Below are positions 38,963-48,654 of a stretch of DNA of 64,000 nt, piece after piece (position 1 is the stretch's first letter; each line of letters opens with the position of its first letter). The position numbers and the translations under genes were made by a program. The stretch covers positions 275 through 64,274 of the forward strand of contig JAFLVH010000004.1 of NCBI GenBank assembly GCA_022508365.1, given 5' to 3'. Origin of the DNA: Clostridiales bacterium. GTDB taxonomy: Bacteria; Bacillota; Clostridia; Christensenellales; Pumilibacteraceae. The notes below the pieces were generated by a model. That model had not been told where the DNA came from and made no database searches. It worked only from the letters and a program-made list of their open reading frames with translations.

Positions 38963-41900
38963 ATGCACATCATCAAGGTCACTAAAAACAAACCGATAAC
39001 CATTTTCCTGTCCGTGTTAATCGCGATTGCGCTTTTATTGAGCACTGCGATTGCCGTGACAAGACCTGCCGGAGCTGCCGAAGAAAAAGAGGACACAACC
39101 GAATTTGCGCCCGTTTCACTTTCGTTAAGCAATCCGCAGTTCAGCTCTTCGTCCGGCGACTATCCCGCAAACCCCTCCTCTTGGACGGGCGAATACGTGG
39201 ACGGCGGCAAGGCCGAACTTGTAAAAGGCGTGGTAGATCTTACTCCGTCCGTGTACTCCACCGGCGGCAATAAAGAATACGCACTCGACCAGTACGAGGA
39301 CGAATACAAAAGCGAAAAAGATATTCCCAAGTCCATTTTCGGCGAGGGCACCGATTTCGGCGGCGATAAAAAAGCGCTTTTTATCAATACCAAAAAGGGC
39401 GCCAGCACCGTGTATGCCTACAAGTCCGAGGAAATGACGCTTTCCGCCAACTCTTTCTACCGCTTTTCGGTGTGGGCAAAGACAGGTAAATTCACCGCTC
39501 AAAGCGGCGCGACCGTCAAGCTTTCAGGGCTCGGTCAGTATTTTGGATTCTACAACATAGACACCGCAAGAAAAAACATCGACAGTAACGGCAAGCTTGT
39601 GCTTGATGTAAACAACAACTACGGTTGGGTCAAGTATACGCTGTATGTACGCACCTCCGCTTCCCTCTCCAAATCCGTACGCATAAATCTCGGACTCGGC
39701 GAGACGGCAACCGGCGGCAATGAGGATCCCGGTGTGTACGTGCGCCCCGCATCCGGCTATGTGTTCTTTGACGACGTAAAGGCAGACCGCATCTCCGCGT
39801 TTGACTTTGCGTCCGAAACCATGCACTTTGAAAAGCTGGACGGCAAGGACAACGTTTACGGCATGGGCACAAGCATGGCAATCGACCTCAACGAAACCAA
39901 ATCGTTTGCCACAAAAGACGGCTTGGAAATAGGCACATTCTCGCGCAACACCGATCAGTGGAAAAACGCGCGCTATGACGAGTACGAAGAAAACCCCGAA
40001 TATACCGGCTCCGCACTACTCGGCTTTTACAATTCCGAGGGCAGGCTTAAGGACCTCTCCTCTTCCGCCAACGTCTACGGCTTTTCTCAAAACCCGTGGG
40101 CGCCGTACGGCAGAGCGGAATACGCTTCTCTGTCCGATAAGCAGCTTAACTTTTTCGAGAGCGACCGCAACGGCAACATTTTGGTAATAAGCACGTACGA
40201 CGGCGACGAGTTTACGGCTGCGGCACGCGGCGCCGCCTCTCCCTTTGTCACGATAGAGCGCTTTAAGTACTACCGCTTCTCCGTTTGGGTCAAGGGCGAC
40301 AGCGTGGAGGACGGCAACGGAATTACAATTAGGCTAAAGGGCAAGCTCGCCTCCGCCAATAACGTTAACCTGCTCACCGAGTACACAAGCCTCGCCGGCG
40401 ACAGCAGCGACACCGCGCACTACGGCTGGAAGGAACAGATTGTTTATATTCACGGCTCCATGCTGTACGATTACGACGTAAGCTTCGAGCTGTGGCTGGG
40501 CGCACCCGGCGCGCAATCCTCCGGCATCGCCATGTTCGATAACGTTACGTTTACCGAGCTTAAATATTCCGATTACAGCGCCATGTCCGAGGCGGACAGC
40601 GGCAACTTCTACGCCATTGACGACAACGCCAACGCGTCCAATATAACCAACGGCAACTTTGTAGACGTCGACGACATGGACGAAATCAAATTCCCCATGC
40701 CTGCCGCGGAATGGAGCTACCTCACCACCGAGGAAGTAGGCACGCGCGGTTTCTCCGTCAGCGCGGTTGATACCGAAAACGCCGTACACGGAATTATTCC
40801 CACCGACGAAAAGACCTTTGCCGAGATTGCGGCAAGCGGCGCTATCCCCTATCCGGACATGCCTAAGGCCGAAGGGCTTACCAACGTGCTAATGCTTGCG
40901 TCTTCAACAAAGACGGCATTCTGCTATCAGTCACCCAGCATCACCATCGCCACCGACACTGCGTACAAAATCACCGTTGACATGATGGTTGGCCGTGTGG
41001 ACGGCTACGGCGCGTCGCTTGTGCTCAAAACTACAAGCGGAAACGTTATTTCCACAATAGAAAATATTCAGAACACCAACAAGCAGTTCAGAACGTACAC
41101 CTTCTATCTTTCCGCTCCCAGGTCACAGCAGACCGTTTACCTCGAAATTTGGCTTGGTCTCAACGACAGAAAGGACAACAAGCAAAAGCTTTCCTCCGGC
41201 AATGTCTATGTAAAGCTTGTGGACCTTGTAGAATGGACGGCGGCGGACGACGGCAACATTACCGACGAGTTCAACGCCATACTCGAAAAGTATAAGTCCG
41301 ACATAAACAGCACTGCCGCGCTTGGCGCAATGAACTACGGCATTTATTCCTTCTCCGAGCCCACGCTTGACTACTACGACGCTTACTCCTACGACCAGAT
41401 GGGCGGACTCGGCACCCCCTATCAATGGAGCAGATCGTCCGCAAACTCCAACGTTATAAGCGGCATATTCAACACTCTTAACGTAAAGGAAGAGCTCTAT
41501 CCTGGATTTGAAAAGAAGGATCTGTCCGGCAGCATGCTGTACATTTACAACACGGAAAAGAACTATACCAAGTACACCTACGACAACTCGCTTTCACTTG
41601 TTTCCAACAAGTACTATCGCATAGATGTTCAGGTCAAGGTTCGCATTTCAAGCGAAGAGCTTAAAGACAAAAATTCAGTCGGCGCAGGGCTTGCGCTTAC
41701 CGGCTCCTCCGCTTCGTTTACCAATATAAAAGACACATCCACTATCTATGACGTGAACAACGAGGATAGCCGCGATTACGAAACCTTTAAGAAGTATTCA
41801 TTCTATATCTCTACCGGCGACAACGGCGGAGATGTGGGACTTGATATAACGTTTGGTGGCGAGGATAAGGAAAGCTACATTCAAGGCAGACTGATTATCG

Positions 41901-42403
41901 GCAGTATCGTAATGACCGAGATAGACAACCTCGACTACGAAGACGCTCAAAAATCCAAAGACAAAAACATCATCGCAGTAGAGCTGTCCGAAACAGTTAC
42001 GGATAACAGCACAAACAACAACACCGAGGCCGCCTCCTCCGATATTCAGTGGTGGATTATCCCGACGGTCATATTCAGCGTTGCGCTTGTTGCGGCTATC
42101 GTGCTCATTCTTGTTATTCGCCTCCGCGACTACTTCAAAAAGAAGCGCAAAGTCACCTATGCCACCCAGTACGGCCGTGAAGATGCGTATGACGATATAG
42201 AAAGGTTGCGCGCTCAAATAGAAAGCGACAAGCAGAAAAAACAAGAGCCTGCACCTAAGACGCAAACAGACGATCTTTACGAGGAATCCCCAGTCTTAAC
42301 AGACGGCGAGGCTACCGAAACAGAGGAAAGCGAAACCGAAACCGAACAGCCCGAGACGCCTACAGAGGAACCTAAAAAGCCCGACACAGATTTGGACGAC
42401 TAA
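38963..42403 (+). CDS. 1146 aa membrane-anchored extracellular protein with about four tandem CBM-like jelly-roll modules and an acidic tail
   Basis: Signal peptide; repeated YRFSVW/YKITV/YRIDV and W..YT.Y motifs; TM WWIIPTVIFSVALVAAIVLILVI; E/T/P-rich tail. Confidence 0.7.
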   Translation: MHIIKVTKNKPITIFLSVLIAIALLLSTAIAVTRPAGAAEEKEDTTEFAPVSLSLSNPQFSSSSGDYPANPSSWTGEYVDGGKAELVKGVVDLTPSVYSTGGNKEYALDQYEDEYKSEKDIPKSIFGEGTDFGGDKKALFINTKKGASTVYAYKSEEMTLSANSFYRFSVWAKTGKFTAQSGATVKLSGLGQYFGFYNIDTARKNIDSNGKLVLDVNNNYGWVKYTLYVRTSASLSKSVRINLGLGETATGGNEDPGVYVRPASGYVFFDDVKADRISAFDFASETMHFEKLDGKDNVYGMGTSMAIDLNETKSFATKDGLEIGTFSRNTDQWKNARYDEYEENPEYTGSALLGFYNSEGRLKDLSSSANVYGFSQNPWAPYGRAEYASLSDKQLNFFESDRNGNILVISTYDGDEFTAAARGAASPFVTIERFKYYRFSVWVKGDSVEDGNGITIRLKGKLASANNVNLLTEYTSLAGDSSDTAHYGWKEQIVYIHGSMLYDYDVSFELWLGAPGAQSSGIAMFDNVTFTELKYSDYSAMSEADSGNFYAIDDNANASNITNGNFVDVDDMDEIKFPMPAAEWSYLTTEEVGTRGFSVSAVDTENAVHGIIPTDEKTFAEIAASGAIPYPDMPKAEGLTNVLMLASSTKTAFCYQSPSITIATDTAYKITVDMMVGRVDGYGASLVLKTTSGNVISTIENIQNTNKQFRTYTFYLSAPRSQQTVYLEIWLGLNDRKDNKQKLSSGNVYVKLVDLVEWTAADDGNITDEFNAILEKYKSDINSTAALGAMNYGIYSFSEPTLDYYDAYSYDQMGGLGTPYQWSRSSANSNVISGIFNTLNVKEELYPGFEKKDLSGSMLYIYNTEKNYTKYTYDNSLSLVSNKYYRIDVQVKVRISSEELKDKNSVGAGLALTGSSASFTNIKDTSTIYDVNNEDSRDYETFKKYSFYISTGDNGGDVGLDITFGGEDKESYIQGRLIIGSIVMTEIDNLDYEDAQKSKDKNIIAVELSETVTDNSTNNNTEAASSDIQWWIIPTVIFSVALVAAIVLILVIRLRDYFKKKRKVTYATQYGREDAYDDIERLRAQIESDKQKKQEPAPKTQTDDLYEESPVLTDGEATETEESETETEQPETPTEEPKKPDTDLDD

Positions 42404-42418
42404 TAGTAACATCAAACG

Positions 42419-42452
42419 AAAATCCCGACTGAAAACTCAATCGGGATTTTTT
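42419..42452. terminator. Bidirectional terminator
   Basis: AAAATCCCGA-12 nt-TCGGGATTTT. Confidence 0.75.
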
Positions 42453-42471
42453 ATTGAATTTGAAATTAAAA

Positions 42472-42849
42472 TTATCTTCGTGTGCCGTCATCGTCGAATG
42501 TCTTTTTTAAAGCCATTTCGGTTGGAATAATTGACATGACAAGAGCGATTAATTGAACTATAACAACAATTAAAGAGGCAATGCCGATTGTTTCGTAAGT
42601 CCCGTTAAAAAACGGAATCATTACTACCCCTGACGGCACAACAATAATCAAACCCATTATCCACCAAAGCTTTCCGCAAAAACTATGTGCAAACTTCCAG
42701 GTATCGTCATTTTTCATAGACCGCTTTGTTCTGTATCCGATTAATCCGTTAATCTCCTTAGGACAATGCTTCCACATCAATCCGCCCGCAATAATCATGA
42801 TTAACGGTACAATCAAGTTGCAAAACAACATAAAAACCCAAAACCGCAT
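42472..42849 (-). CDS. SdpI/YhfL family membrane protein
   Basis: INGLIGYRTKRSMKNDDTWKFAH motif; 3 TM segments; AT-rich; GGAG RBS. Confidence 0.85.
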   Translation of the reverse strand: MRFWVFMLFCNLIVPLIMIIAGGLMWKHCPKEINGLIGYRTKRSMKNDDTWKFAHSFCGKLWWIMGLIIVVPSGVVMIPFFNGTYETIGIASLIVVIVQLIALVMSIIPTEMALKKTFDDDGTRR

Positions 42850-42899
42850 TTTTCACTCTCCTTATAAGAAAATTCAGAAGTTGCCTTCCGGTTGAATAT

Positions 42900-42964
42900 A
42901 GATTACCACAGAAATTGATACTTTTCAATGCGTTTTGACGGTAATTTTTGCAACAATGTTGCAA
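42900..42964 (-). promoter_or_regulatory. Promoter of the sdpI-like gene with an upstream palindrome
   Basis: TTGAAA-17 bp-TAATCT with TG (42900-42928); TTGCAACA-A-TGTTGCAA at 42948-42964. Confidence 0.5.
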
Positions 42965-42980
42965 TTTTTACAAGTTAAGA

Positions 42981-43019
42981 TAAAGAAGAAGAGCAACCGG
43001 GATATTTTACGTTGCTCTT
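42981..43019 (-). terminator. Terminator of the murF-SDR operon
   Basis: AAGAGCAAC...GTTGCTCTT hairpin with a pyrimidine tail on minus. Confidence 0.6.
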
Positions 43020-43034
43020 GAAATAACTAATGTC

Positions 43035-43060
43035 GAGATTCCTCGACAAGCTATGAATGA
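43035..43060. repeat. Degenerate REP-like element
   Basis: GAGATTCCTCGACAAGCTATGAATGA, related to the 18506-18618 elements (shared GTCGAGATTC). Confidence 0.5.
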
Positions 43061-43104
43061 TGAGTCGGTTGACTCAACAATCATTCTGCATTCTTAATTC
43101 TGAA

Positions 43105-43827
43105 TTAATATCCTCCGTCGACATGCAATAATGCACCGTTGATAAAGGAGGATTTTTCTTCCGCAAGGAACAGTGCGGCATGGCTTATATCCTCCGGCGT
43201 GCCGATGCGCTGCACCGGCGTATTGTCAACTATCCTAAATAGCGCGTCGGGCGGCACGGGGTCGTTCATCTCGGTTGCAATAAGTCCTGCAACTATTGCA
43301 TTTACCGTGACGCCGGCAGGTCCCACCTCGCGCGACAGCGCCTTGGTAAGCCCGTTTACGCCCGCCTTTGCCGCGGAATACGCTGTTTCGGTGCTCGATC
43401 CGCGCTCCGACCAGAATGAGCTGATATTAATTATTCTGCCGAATCCGTTTTTTACCATGTCGGGCAAAAACGCCCTCGTCACCAGCCACACGCCCTTTAG
43501 ATCAACGCCGATTACCCTATCGAAGTCATCCTCGCTGTCCGTCTGAAGCATGCCTATATGCGCTATGCCTGCGTTGTTTATAAGTGTGTCAACATGCCCA
43601 AACACCACTGCATCGTGCAAAGCCTGCACCTGCTTTCCATCGGACACGTCCGCCTTAATGGCTTGGCAAGCAATCTCTTTGCCGTTAAGCTCGTTTACAA
43701 GCTCCATAGCCTGCTTTTCCGACTTGTTATAGCATATAATCACGTTGTATCCGGCATTGCCGAAGTCAATAGCCATCTGCCTGCCTATGCCGCGCGCGCC
43801 GCCCGTGATAAGTACCGTTCTTTTCAT
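43105..43827 (-). CDS. SDR family oxidoreductase (FabG/YmfI-like)
   Basis: TGGARGIG, NNAG, NISS, YSAAK, VNAI. Confidence 0.9.
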   Translation of the reverse strand: MKRTVLITGGARGIGRQMAIDFGNAGYNVIICYNKSEKQAMELVNELNGKEIACQAIKADVSDGKQVQALHDAVVFGHVDTLINNAGIAHIGMLQTDSEDDFDRVIGVDLKGVWLVTRAFLPDMVKNGFGRIINISSFWSERGSSTETAYSAAKAGVNGLTKALSREVGPAGVTVNAIVAGLIATEMNDPVPPDALFRIVDNTPVQRIGTPEDISHAALFLAEEKSSFINGALLHVDGGY

Positions 43828-43835
43828 CTGTACTC

Positions 43836-45401
43836 CTATTTTATGTTATCAGGCAGGTCGTTTTCAAACAGCACAACCTTGTTGCCGTCTATGCTCTTTA
43901 ACGCCTCTACCGCCTCGTCGCGCGTGGAAAACAGTTTGATTTTTTCTTCACTCATTCCTGCCTTAACAGCGCCGCTCTTTATGTCCGCGGCGCGCGAGCC
44001 CACAAGAAAAGCGTAATCGGTCGCGTCGGCTATCTGCTTTCCAAGCTCCACATTGCACGGCTTTTCGAGTGCACCGAGTTCTACAAATCCCGGCGTTATT
44101 ATCACCTTTATGCCGTCAAAGCATTTAAGCACGTCAAGCGCATTTTTCGCGCCTATCGGGTTAGCGTTAAACGCGTCGTCAATCACCGTCACCGCGCCAC
44201 TATCCAACAGCTGCAATCTGTGCTCTACCGGCTGAGCATTCTCCACCGCCGCCGCTATATCGGACAGCTCCACACCGAGAGAAATAGCAATACAAGCGCA
44301 CGTGCATACCGTTTCCGCAATATGCGCGCCCAAAAGCTTTGTGGTTACGTTCTGCCGCTTGTCACCTACAACAAGGCAAAATGATGTGCCGCGCGCGTCG
44401 ATTGTAAGATTTTCGTATGCTACGTCCTCGCCTGCAACTGTGACTTTGCATAGCGGTTTACGCTCCTTTAACGCTTTGCAATCTTCATTGTACCCGTTTA
44501 GCGCAAGTGTGCCGCTATCCGGCAGCGCTGCCGCCAGCTCGTACTTTACGTCCGCAATGTCCATTCGGCTGCCCATGGTTTCCGCGTGCATATCGCCCAC
44601 TGCGGTTATTATGCCGTAAACAGGGCTTACAATATCGCACAGCTCCTTTATGTCGCCTTTGTACCGCGCGCCCATTTCCGCAATGAAAATCTTTTCATCG
44701 CCGAGGTCGTTGTTTATAGTCTTACATACGCCCATAGGCGTGTTGTAGCTACCCGGCGTGGCGAGCACCGTATACTTTGCCAAAAGCATATCCTTTAGCA
44801 AATTCTTTGCCGTGGTCTTGCCGAAGCTGCCCGTAATGCCTATCACTATAGGCGCTTTTTCCGTGAGCTTTGCCTTTGCGCGTTTTACGTATTTTAGGTT
44901 GTTTAGCTTTTCAAACGGGCAAGTTACGGCATTTGCAAGCAGCGCGACAAACGGCACAAGCATGCCGATAGCCGCAGTGAGTGTTCCGCAATATACGCTG
45001 TAATATGTAGCAACGGCAACGCCGCCGCCGAGTATCAACAACAAAATAAGGTTTACCGTAAACAGACGTACCATGCGCCCTGTGAACTTGATTTTGTTTG
45101 CGCCGTTATTCTTGACCGCCACAATAAACACCGCGGCAAATATGCAGTAGAACGCCACACCGCAGTGCCTAATCCATTCCACAGCGGAAAAGCAGGTGAA
45201 AAAAATTATCTCGGTGATAAACGAAAACAGCATAAGCGCGGCATAGCGGACAAGCACGTCGTACTTGGTGCTTTTCCACCAGGCGGTTACGCCTTTCGCC
45301 TTGTAGCCCGATAACTGGATTATCTTAAGCATCGGGATGCTAATTATAGAAGATAGTATCGCCGCCGCCGCTAATAGCGCGACCGAAATGTAAAATTCCA
45401 T
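43836..45401 (-). CDS. murF: MurF-like Mur ligase with an N-terminal multi-TM extension
   Basis: GITGSFGKTT, SYNTPMG, AEMGA, IDDAFNANP, TPGFVELG, VLFENDLPD; about 160 hydrophobic N-terminal residues. Confidence 0.85.
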   Translation of the reverse strand: MEFYISVALLAAAAILSSIISIPMLKIIQLSGYKAKGVTAWWKSTKYDVLVRYAALMLFSFITEIIFFTCFSAVEWIRHCGVAFYCIFAAVFIVAVKNNGANKIKFTGRMVRLFTVNLILLLILGGGVAVATYYSVYCGTLTAAIGMLVPFVALLANAVTCPFEKLNNLKYVKRAKAKLTEKAPIVIGITGSFGKTTAKNLLKDMLLAKYTVLATPGSYNTPMGVCKTINNDLGDEKIFIAEMGARYKGDIKELCDIVSPVYGIITAVGDMHAETMGSRMDIADVKYELAAALPDSGTLALNGYNEDCKALKERKPLCKVTVAGEDVAYENLTIDARGTSFCLVVGDKRQNVTTKLLGAHIAETVCTCACIAISLGVELSDIAAAVENAQPVEHRLQLLDSGAVTVIDDAFNANPIGAKNALDVLKCFDGIKVIITPGFVELGALEKPCNVELGKQIADATDYAFLVGSRAADIKSGAVKAGMSEEKIKLFSTRDEAVEALKSIDGNKVVLFENDLPDNIK

Positions 45402-45405
45402 TGTT

Positions 45406-46113
45406 CTATTCCGTCACAAAATTTTTTAGCCGAGAGATAAAAGCATAGTTGCTGTCTATATACGAATAATGTCCGCCGTCCGTCATGATAAGCGTGCTGT
45501 TTTTTATGAAGCGATTCAGCCGCCTTGCCATGTACGGCGGAGTGTCGCGGTCGCGCCTGCCCCAAAATATCAGCGTATCGCACTTGATATACGGCAACAG
45601 CCTATCGAGGTGCGTGTTGACTATGCGCACAAACACTTTTCGCATATCATTGTCTACATTATTATAATCGGTAGAGCCGAATCCGTCAAGGGATTTTCCG
45701 CGTTTTACCCTGTGGTGATAGCGCGCTATGCGTATTTTTCTTTTTAGACTGAATTTAGGCTTTAGCCCTGCGCTGTCCACAAGCACTATCTTTTTTGCCA
45801 GTCCCTGTGCCGCGAGGATTATCGCCACCCTTCCGCCAAAGCTGTGCCCGACGATAATCGGCTTTTCTATTCCCTGCTCCAACATAAAGTCCCTGACGCA
45901 TGCGGCGTATTCGTACACGCCCCATTCATTCGGCACCTTTTTAGGAAAAGCGAAGTTGACGCAGGATATACCTAAGTCCGACACGCTCTTATATGCGCCA
46001 TTGAACGAACTTAAGTCTCCGCCCCAACCGTGCAAAAACAAAACGACTGTGTTTGATCCCGACGCGTTAAACGCCTCGTACTCGCATTGCACGCCATTGA
46101 CAGTCGTCGTCAT
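45406..46113 (-). CDS. Alpha/beta hydrolase
   Basis: LHGWG, GHSFGG nucleophile elbow, WGRRDRDTP, GGHYSY. Confidence 0.9.
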   Translation of the reverse strand: MTTTVNGVQCEYEAFNASGSNTVVLFLHGWGGDLSSFNGAYKSVSDLGISCVNFAFPKKVPNEWGVYEYAACVRDFMLEQGIEKPIIVGHSFGGRVAIILAAQGLAKKIVLVDSAGLKPKFSLKRKIRIARYHHRVKRGKSLDGFGSTDYNNVDNDMRKVFVRIVNTHLDRLLPYIKCDTLIFWGRRDRDTPPYMARRLNRFIKNSTLIMTDGGHYSYIDSNYAFISRLKNFVTE

Positions 46114-46122
46114 AAAACCTCC

Positions 46123-46285
46123 GGGGACATCTGTATATGTGACGCGTCAAGATAGCTTAGGAAATTTTTGTGATACGAAGGATATGTACTGCAGTTCGTA
46201 GCAGCGCTACGAGCAAAGTGCATAGACGCACGGAGCACAAAAATTAACAGCTATATTGACGCATGAACTTATTCAGATGTTCCTC
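46123..46285 (+). ncRNA. Candidate structured ncRNA: ~163-nt rod-like hairpin, possibly 6S-like
   Basis: Nested stems GGGGACATCTG/CAGATGTTCCT, GCGTCAAGATAGCT/AGCTATATTGACGC, AATTTTTGTG/CACAAAAATT, TATGTACT/AGTGCATA, GTTCGTAGC/GCTACGAGC; non-WC stem pairs are G-U on plus. Confidence 0.5.
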
Positions 46286-46722
46286 TACAAATTAAGTCGC
46301 ATGATAAGCGCATCTTTTCCTTTGTAGTAGTTTTTTCTCTTACCAACCCGTGAAAACCCGAGGCTTGTATAAAGCATAATCGCAGGGATATTGCCGTCGC
46401 GCACCAACAAAAATACGCTTTTTACGTTTTGAGCGACAAGCTCGGCAAGCAGCTTATTGAGAAGCATTTTTCCAACGCCCTGCCGCCTGCACTCCTCCAT
46501 AACCGCGATATTGGAGATTTCGCACTCGTCCGTGACAATCTCGCCCGACACGTATCCGCAGAACTTTCCGCCTGCTTCAGCGACCAAAAACACCGCGCCG
46601 CTATCGATTTCCTCCGCAATCTGAACTTCCGTCCACGGACAGTCTATATAGGCGCGCTCTGCCGCCGCAATAGCCTTAGCGTCGGTATTAACCGCTCTGC
46701 GCACTGTTACAATATCGCTCAC
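46285..46722 (-). CDS. rimI: Ribosomal protein alanine N-acetyltransferase
   Basis: EISNIAV...RRQGVG, LLVRDGN..AI.LY..LGF...G.RKNYY. Confidence 0.88.
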   Translation of the reverse strand: MSDIVTVRRAVNTDAKAIAAAERAYIDCPWTEVQIAEEIDSGAVFLVAEAGGKFCGYVSGEIVTDECEISNIAVMEECRRQGVGKMLLNKLLAELVAQNVKSVFLLVRDGNIPAIMLYTSLGFSRVGKRKNYYKGKDALIMRLNL

Positions 46723-47339
46723 AGATCGCCCTCGCCGCGCTCCGGCTGCGCCTTGCGTATGTACAGCGGCTGTAATTCCTTGTACGACAGCTCCTTGCCC
46801 ATAAACTTTTCCGCGGCAATAGCAAGCTCTCGTGCCGTCACGCCCACCGTGCCGGAGAATATTCCTGCCAGCTTGTTATCGGTGGACACGGAAAAATCGC
46901 TGTGCTTTTTAACAAATACAAGCGCGTCGTCAAGCGTCATGCACATAGCAGGATCGAGCGTGGCGTCACCGTCAAACCGCGCGATATAACACACCTTATT
47001 GCCTGCGTCGGCTACGGAAATCACCTTGCCGCTGTTATTGTTATATGAATTGAGCCGCAGATTGTTTACCCCGAAACAAGGCTTATTAAGCGTATAACAA
47101 AACGTTTTTATCGTGGTAAGCCCAATCCTTAAGCCGGTAAACGATCCGGGTCCGACGCATGCGCCGAATATGTCTATGTCGCCTAAATTTGCGCCTGCCT
47201 TTTTTAAAAGTCCGTCTATCATTGGCATAAGCGTTTCCGAGCCGGCGTTTGATAAATTTTCATCGTAATACTTTTCGCCGCCGAGCATAAGCAGCGCCCT
47301 GGTGCCCTCGGCGGTATCAATCATTAAATAGTTTTTCAT
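46719..47339 (-). CDS. tsaB: t6A biosynthesis protein TsaB
   Basis: IDTA, GPGSFTGLRIG, PLYIRKAQPER. Confidence 0.92.
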   Translation of the reverse strand: MKNYLMIDTAEGTRALLMLGGEKYYDENLSNAGSETLMPMIDGLLKKAGANLGDIDIFGACVGPGSFTGLRIGLTTIKTFCYTLNKPCFGVNNLRLNSYNNNSGKVISVADAGNKVCYIARFDGDATLDPAMCMTLDDALVFVKKHSDFSVSTDNKLAGIFSGTVGVTARELAIAAEKFMGKELSYKELQPLYIRKAQPERGEGDL

Positions 47340-47761
47340 CTTTCTACGACGACCTCTCTTACGTTTTCACTTATTTTGTTTATTGTTATTTCTATCGTAT
47401 GGCAGCCGACAAACAGCTCTTTTACATTGCTCCACCACTCCACAGCGCAAATAACATCGCTGTTGCCGATAAAGTCGGTGAGCCCTGCCTCCGCCGCCTC
47501 GTCCGCGCTCTCTAATCTGTATGCGTCAAAGTGGCAAAACTTGTACGTGCCGAAATATTCGTTCATTATGGTGAACGTGGGCGACACCACCTGCGCCTTT
47601 ACCTTCAGCCCCTTTGCTATGCCCTTGCACAGCACTGTCTTGCCTGCGCCCAGCTCGCCGTTTAAAAGTATGACGTCCCCGCCCGACAGAACTTTTGCCA
47701 GTCTTTTACCGAGCGCCTCCATCTTTTTGGGCGAAGTAATTTTGTACGTTGTTTTATTCAT
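47336..47761 (-). CDS. tsaE: t6A biosynthesis ATPase TsaE
   Basis: GELGAGKT, VSPTF, HFDAYRL, VEW; likely start ATG at 47761. Confidence 0.92.
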   Translation of the reverse strand: MNKTTYKITSPKKMEALGKRLAKVLSGGDVILLNGELGAGKTVLCKGIAKGLKVKAQVVSPTFTIMNEYFGTYKFCHFDAYRLESADEAAEAGLTDFIGNSDVICAVEWWSNVKELFVGCHTIEITINKISENVREVVVER

Positions 47762-47769
47762 TATAAATC

Positions 47770-48651
47770 CTATATCTTTAGCTTTTTGTACAGCGCAGGC
47801 GCCGCAACCGCCACCCATGCCGCCATTACGAAATACCGCAAAAAGCAATATAGCATTGGCATGCTTTCGGGCAGAAACAGTTTAAAGCCCTGCTGAATTC
47901 CTACCGTGACGCCAAGCCCCACGACAATACGAAGCGCTATTTTCCACCACACGCGATTTTCCGTTACGTCGTACCCCACATATCTTTTTTCCACAAAGTA
48001 TCCGATGTCGAACGCCATAAACGCGCCCAAACCCTTAAGTATATCCGCGCCGCTCGGGCTACCCAGCATGCCCACTCCTGCCAAAACAGATATGACTATT
48101 ACGGAAACGGCTACGGCGGGAATGACAAACAATTCCTCTCTGTCCCCGAACAAACTTAACAGCGCGTTGAACGCAATCGCGCAAAACACGCCCACCGTAA
48201 GTCCGCAAAACACGTCCGACAAATAATGCTGACCCAAGTACATTCGCGACAGCATTACAAGCAAGGTTACCGCCACGCCTATTATCGGCACCGCCCTATA
48301 TTTTTTTCCGTACTTGATGGTGAGAAGCGTGGAGATGGACGCAATGCTTTCCGTATGCCCTGACGGAAAGGAATACGTGGTTTCGGGATCGCCTATACTC
48401 CGCACACGGTACGCGTTGAACGGGCGCGTGCGCTTAAAGCCTAACTTTAAGAAGTTGGTGATTGCTACGCCCAAAATGTACACGTTGAAAAACCTGTACG
48501 CGTACCTTTTGTCAATGCACCAATACAGCACAACCGCAATCGCCAAAAACGCGATCTCGGTGCCGAGCTGAGATATGCCCAAAAACACCGTATCGGTAAA
48601 ACCGTTTGATAACCGCTGTAAAAGCTTGATAAAATCGGCTTCGAATTGCAC
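47770..48651 (-). CDS. PAP2 family membrane phosphatase
   Basis: KLGFKRTRP, SFPSGH, SRMYLGQHYLSDV. Confidence 0.92.
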   Translation of the reverse strand: MQFEADFIKLLQRLSNGFTDTVFLGISQLGTEIAFLAIAVVLYWCIDKRYAYRFFNVYILGVAITNFLKLGFKRTRPFNAYRVRSIGDPETTYSFPSGHTESIASISTLLTIKYGKKYRAVPIIGVAVTLLVMLSRMYLGQHYLSDVFCGLTVGVFCAIAFNALLSLFGDREELFVIPAVAVSVIVISVLAGVGMLGSPSGADILKGLGAFMAFDIGYFVEKRYVGYDVTENRVWWKIALRIVVGLGVTVGIQQGFKLFLPESMPMLYCFLRYFVMAAWVAVAAPALYKKLKI

Positions 48652-48654
48652 GGT

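Noticed and set aside
46118-46285. CCTC direct repeats as a target-site duplication around the long hairpin
   Set aside because: The element ends they define are not symmetric, and a 4-mer match is uninformative.
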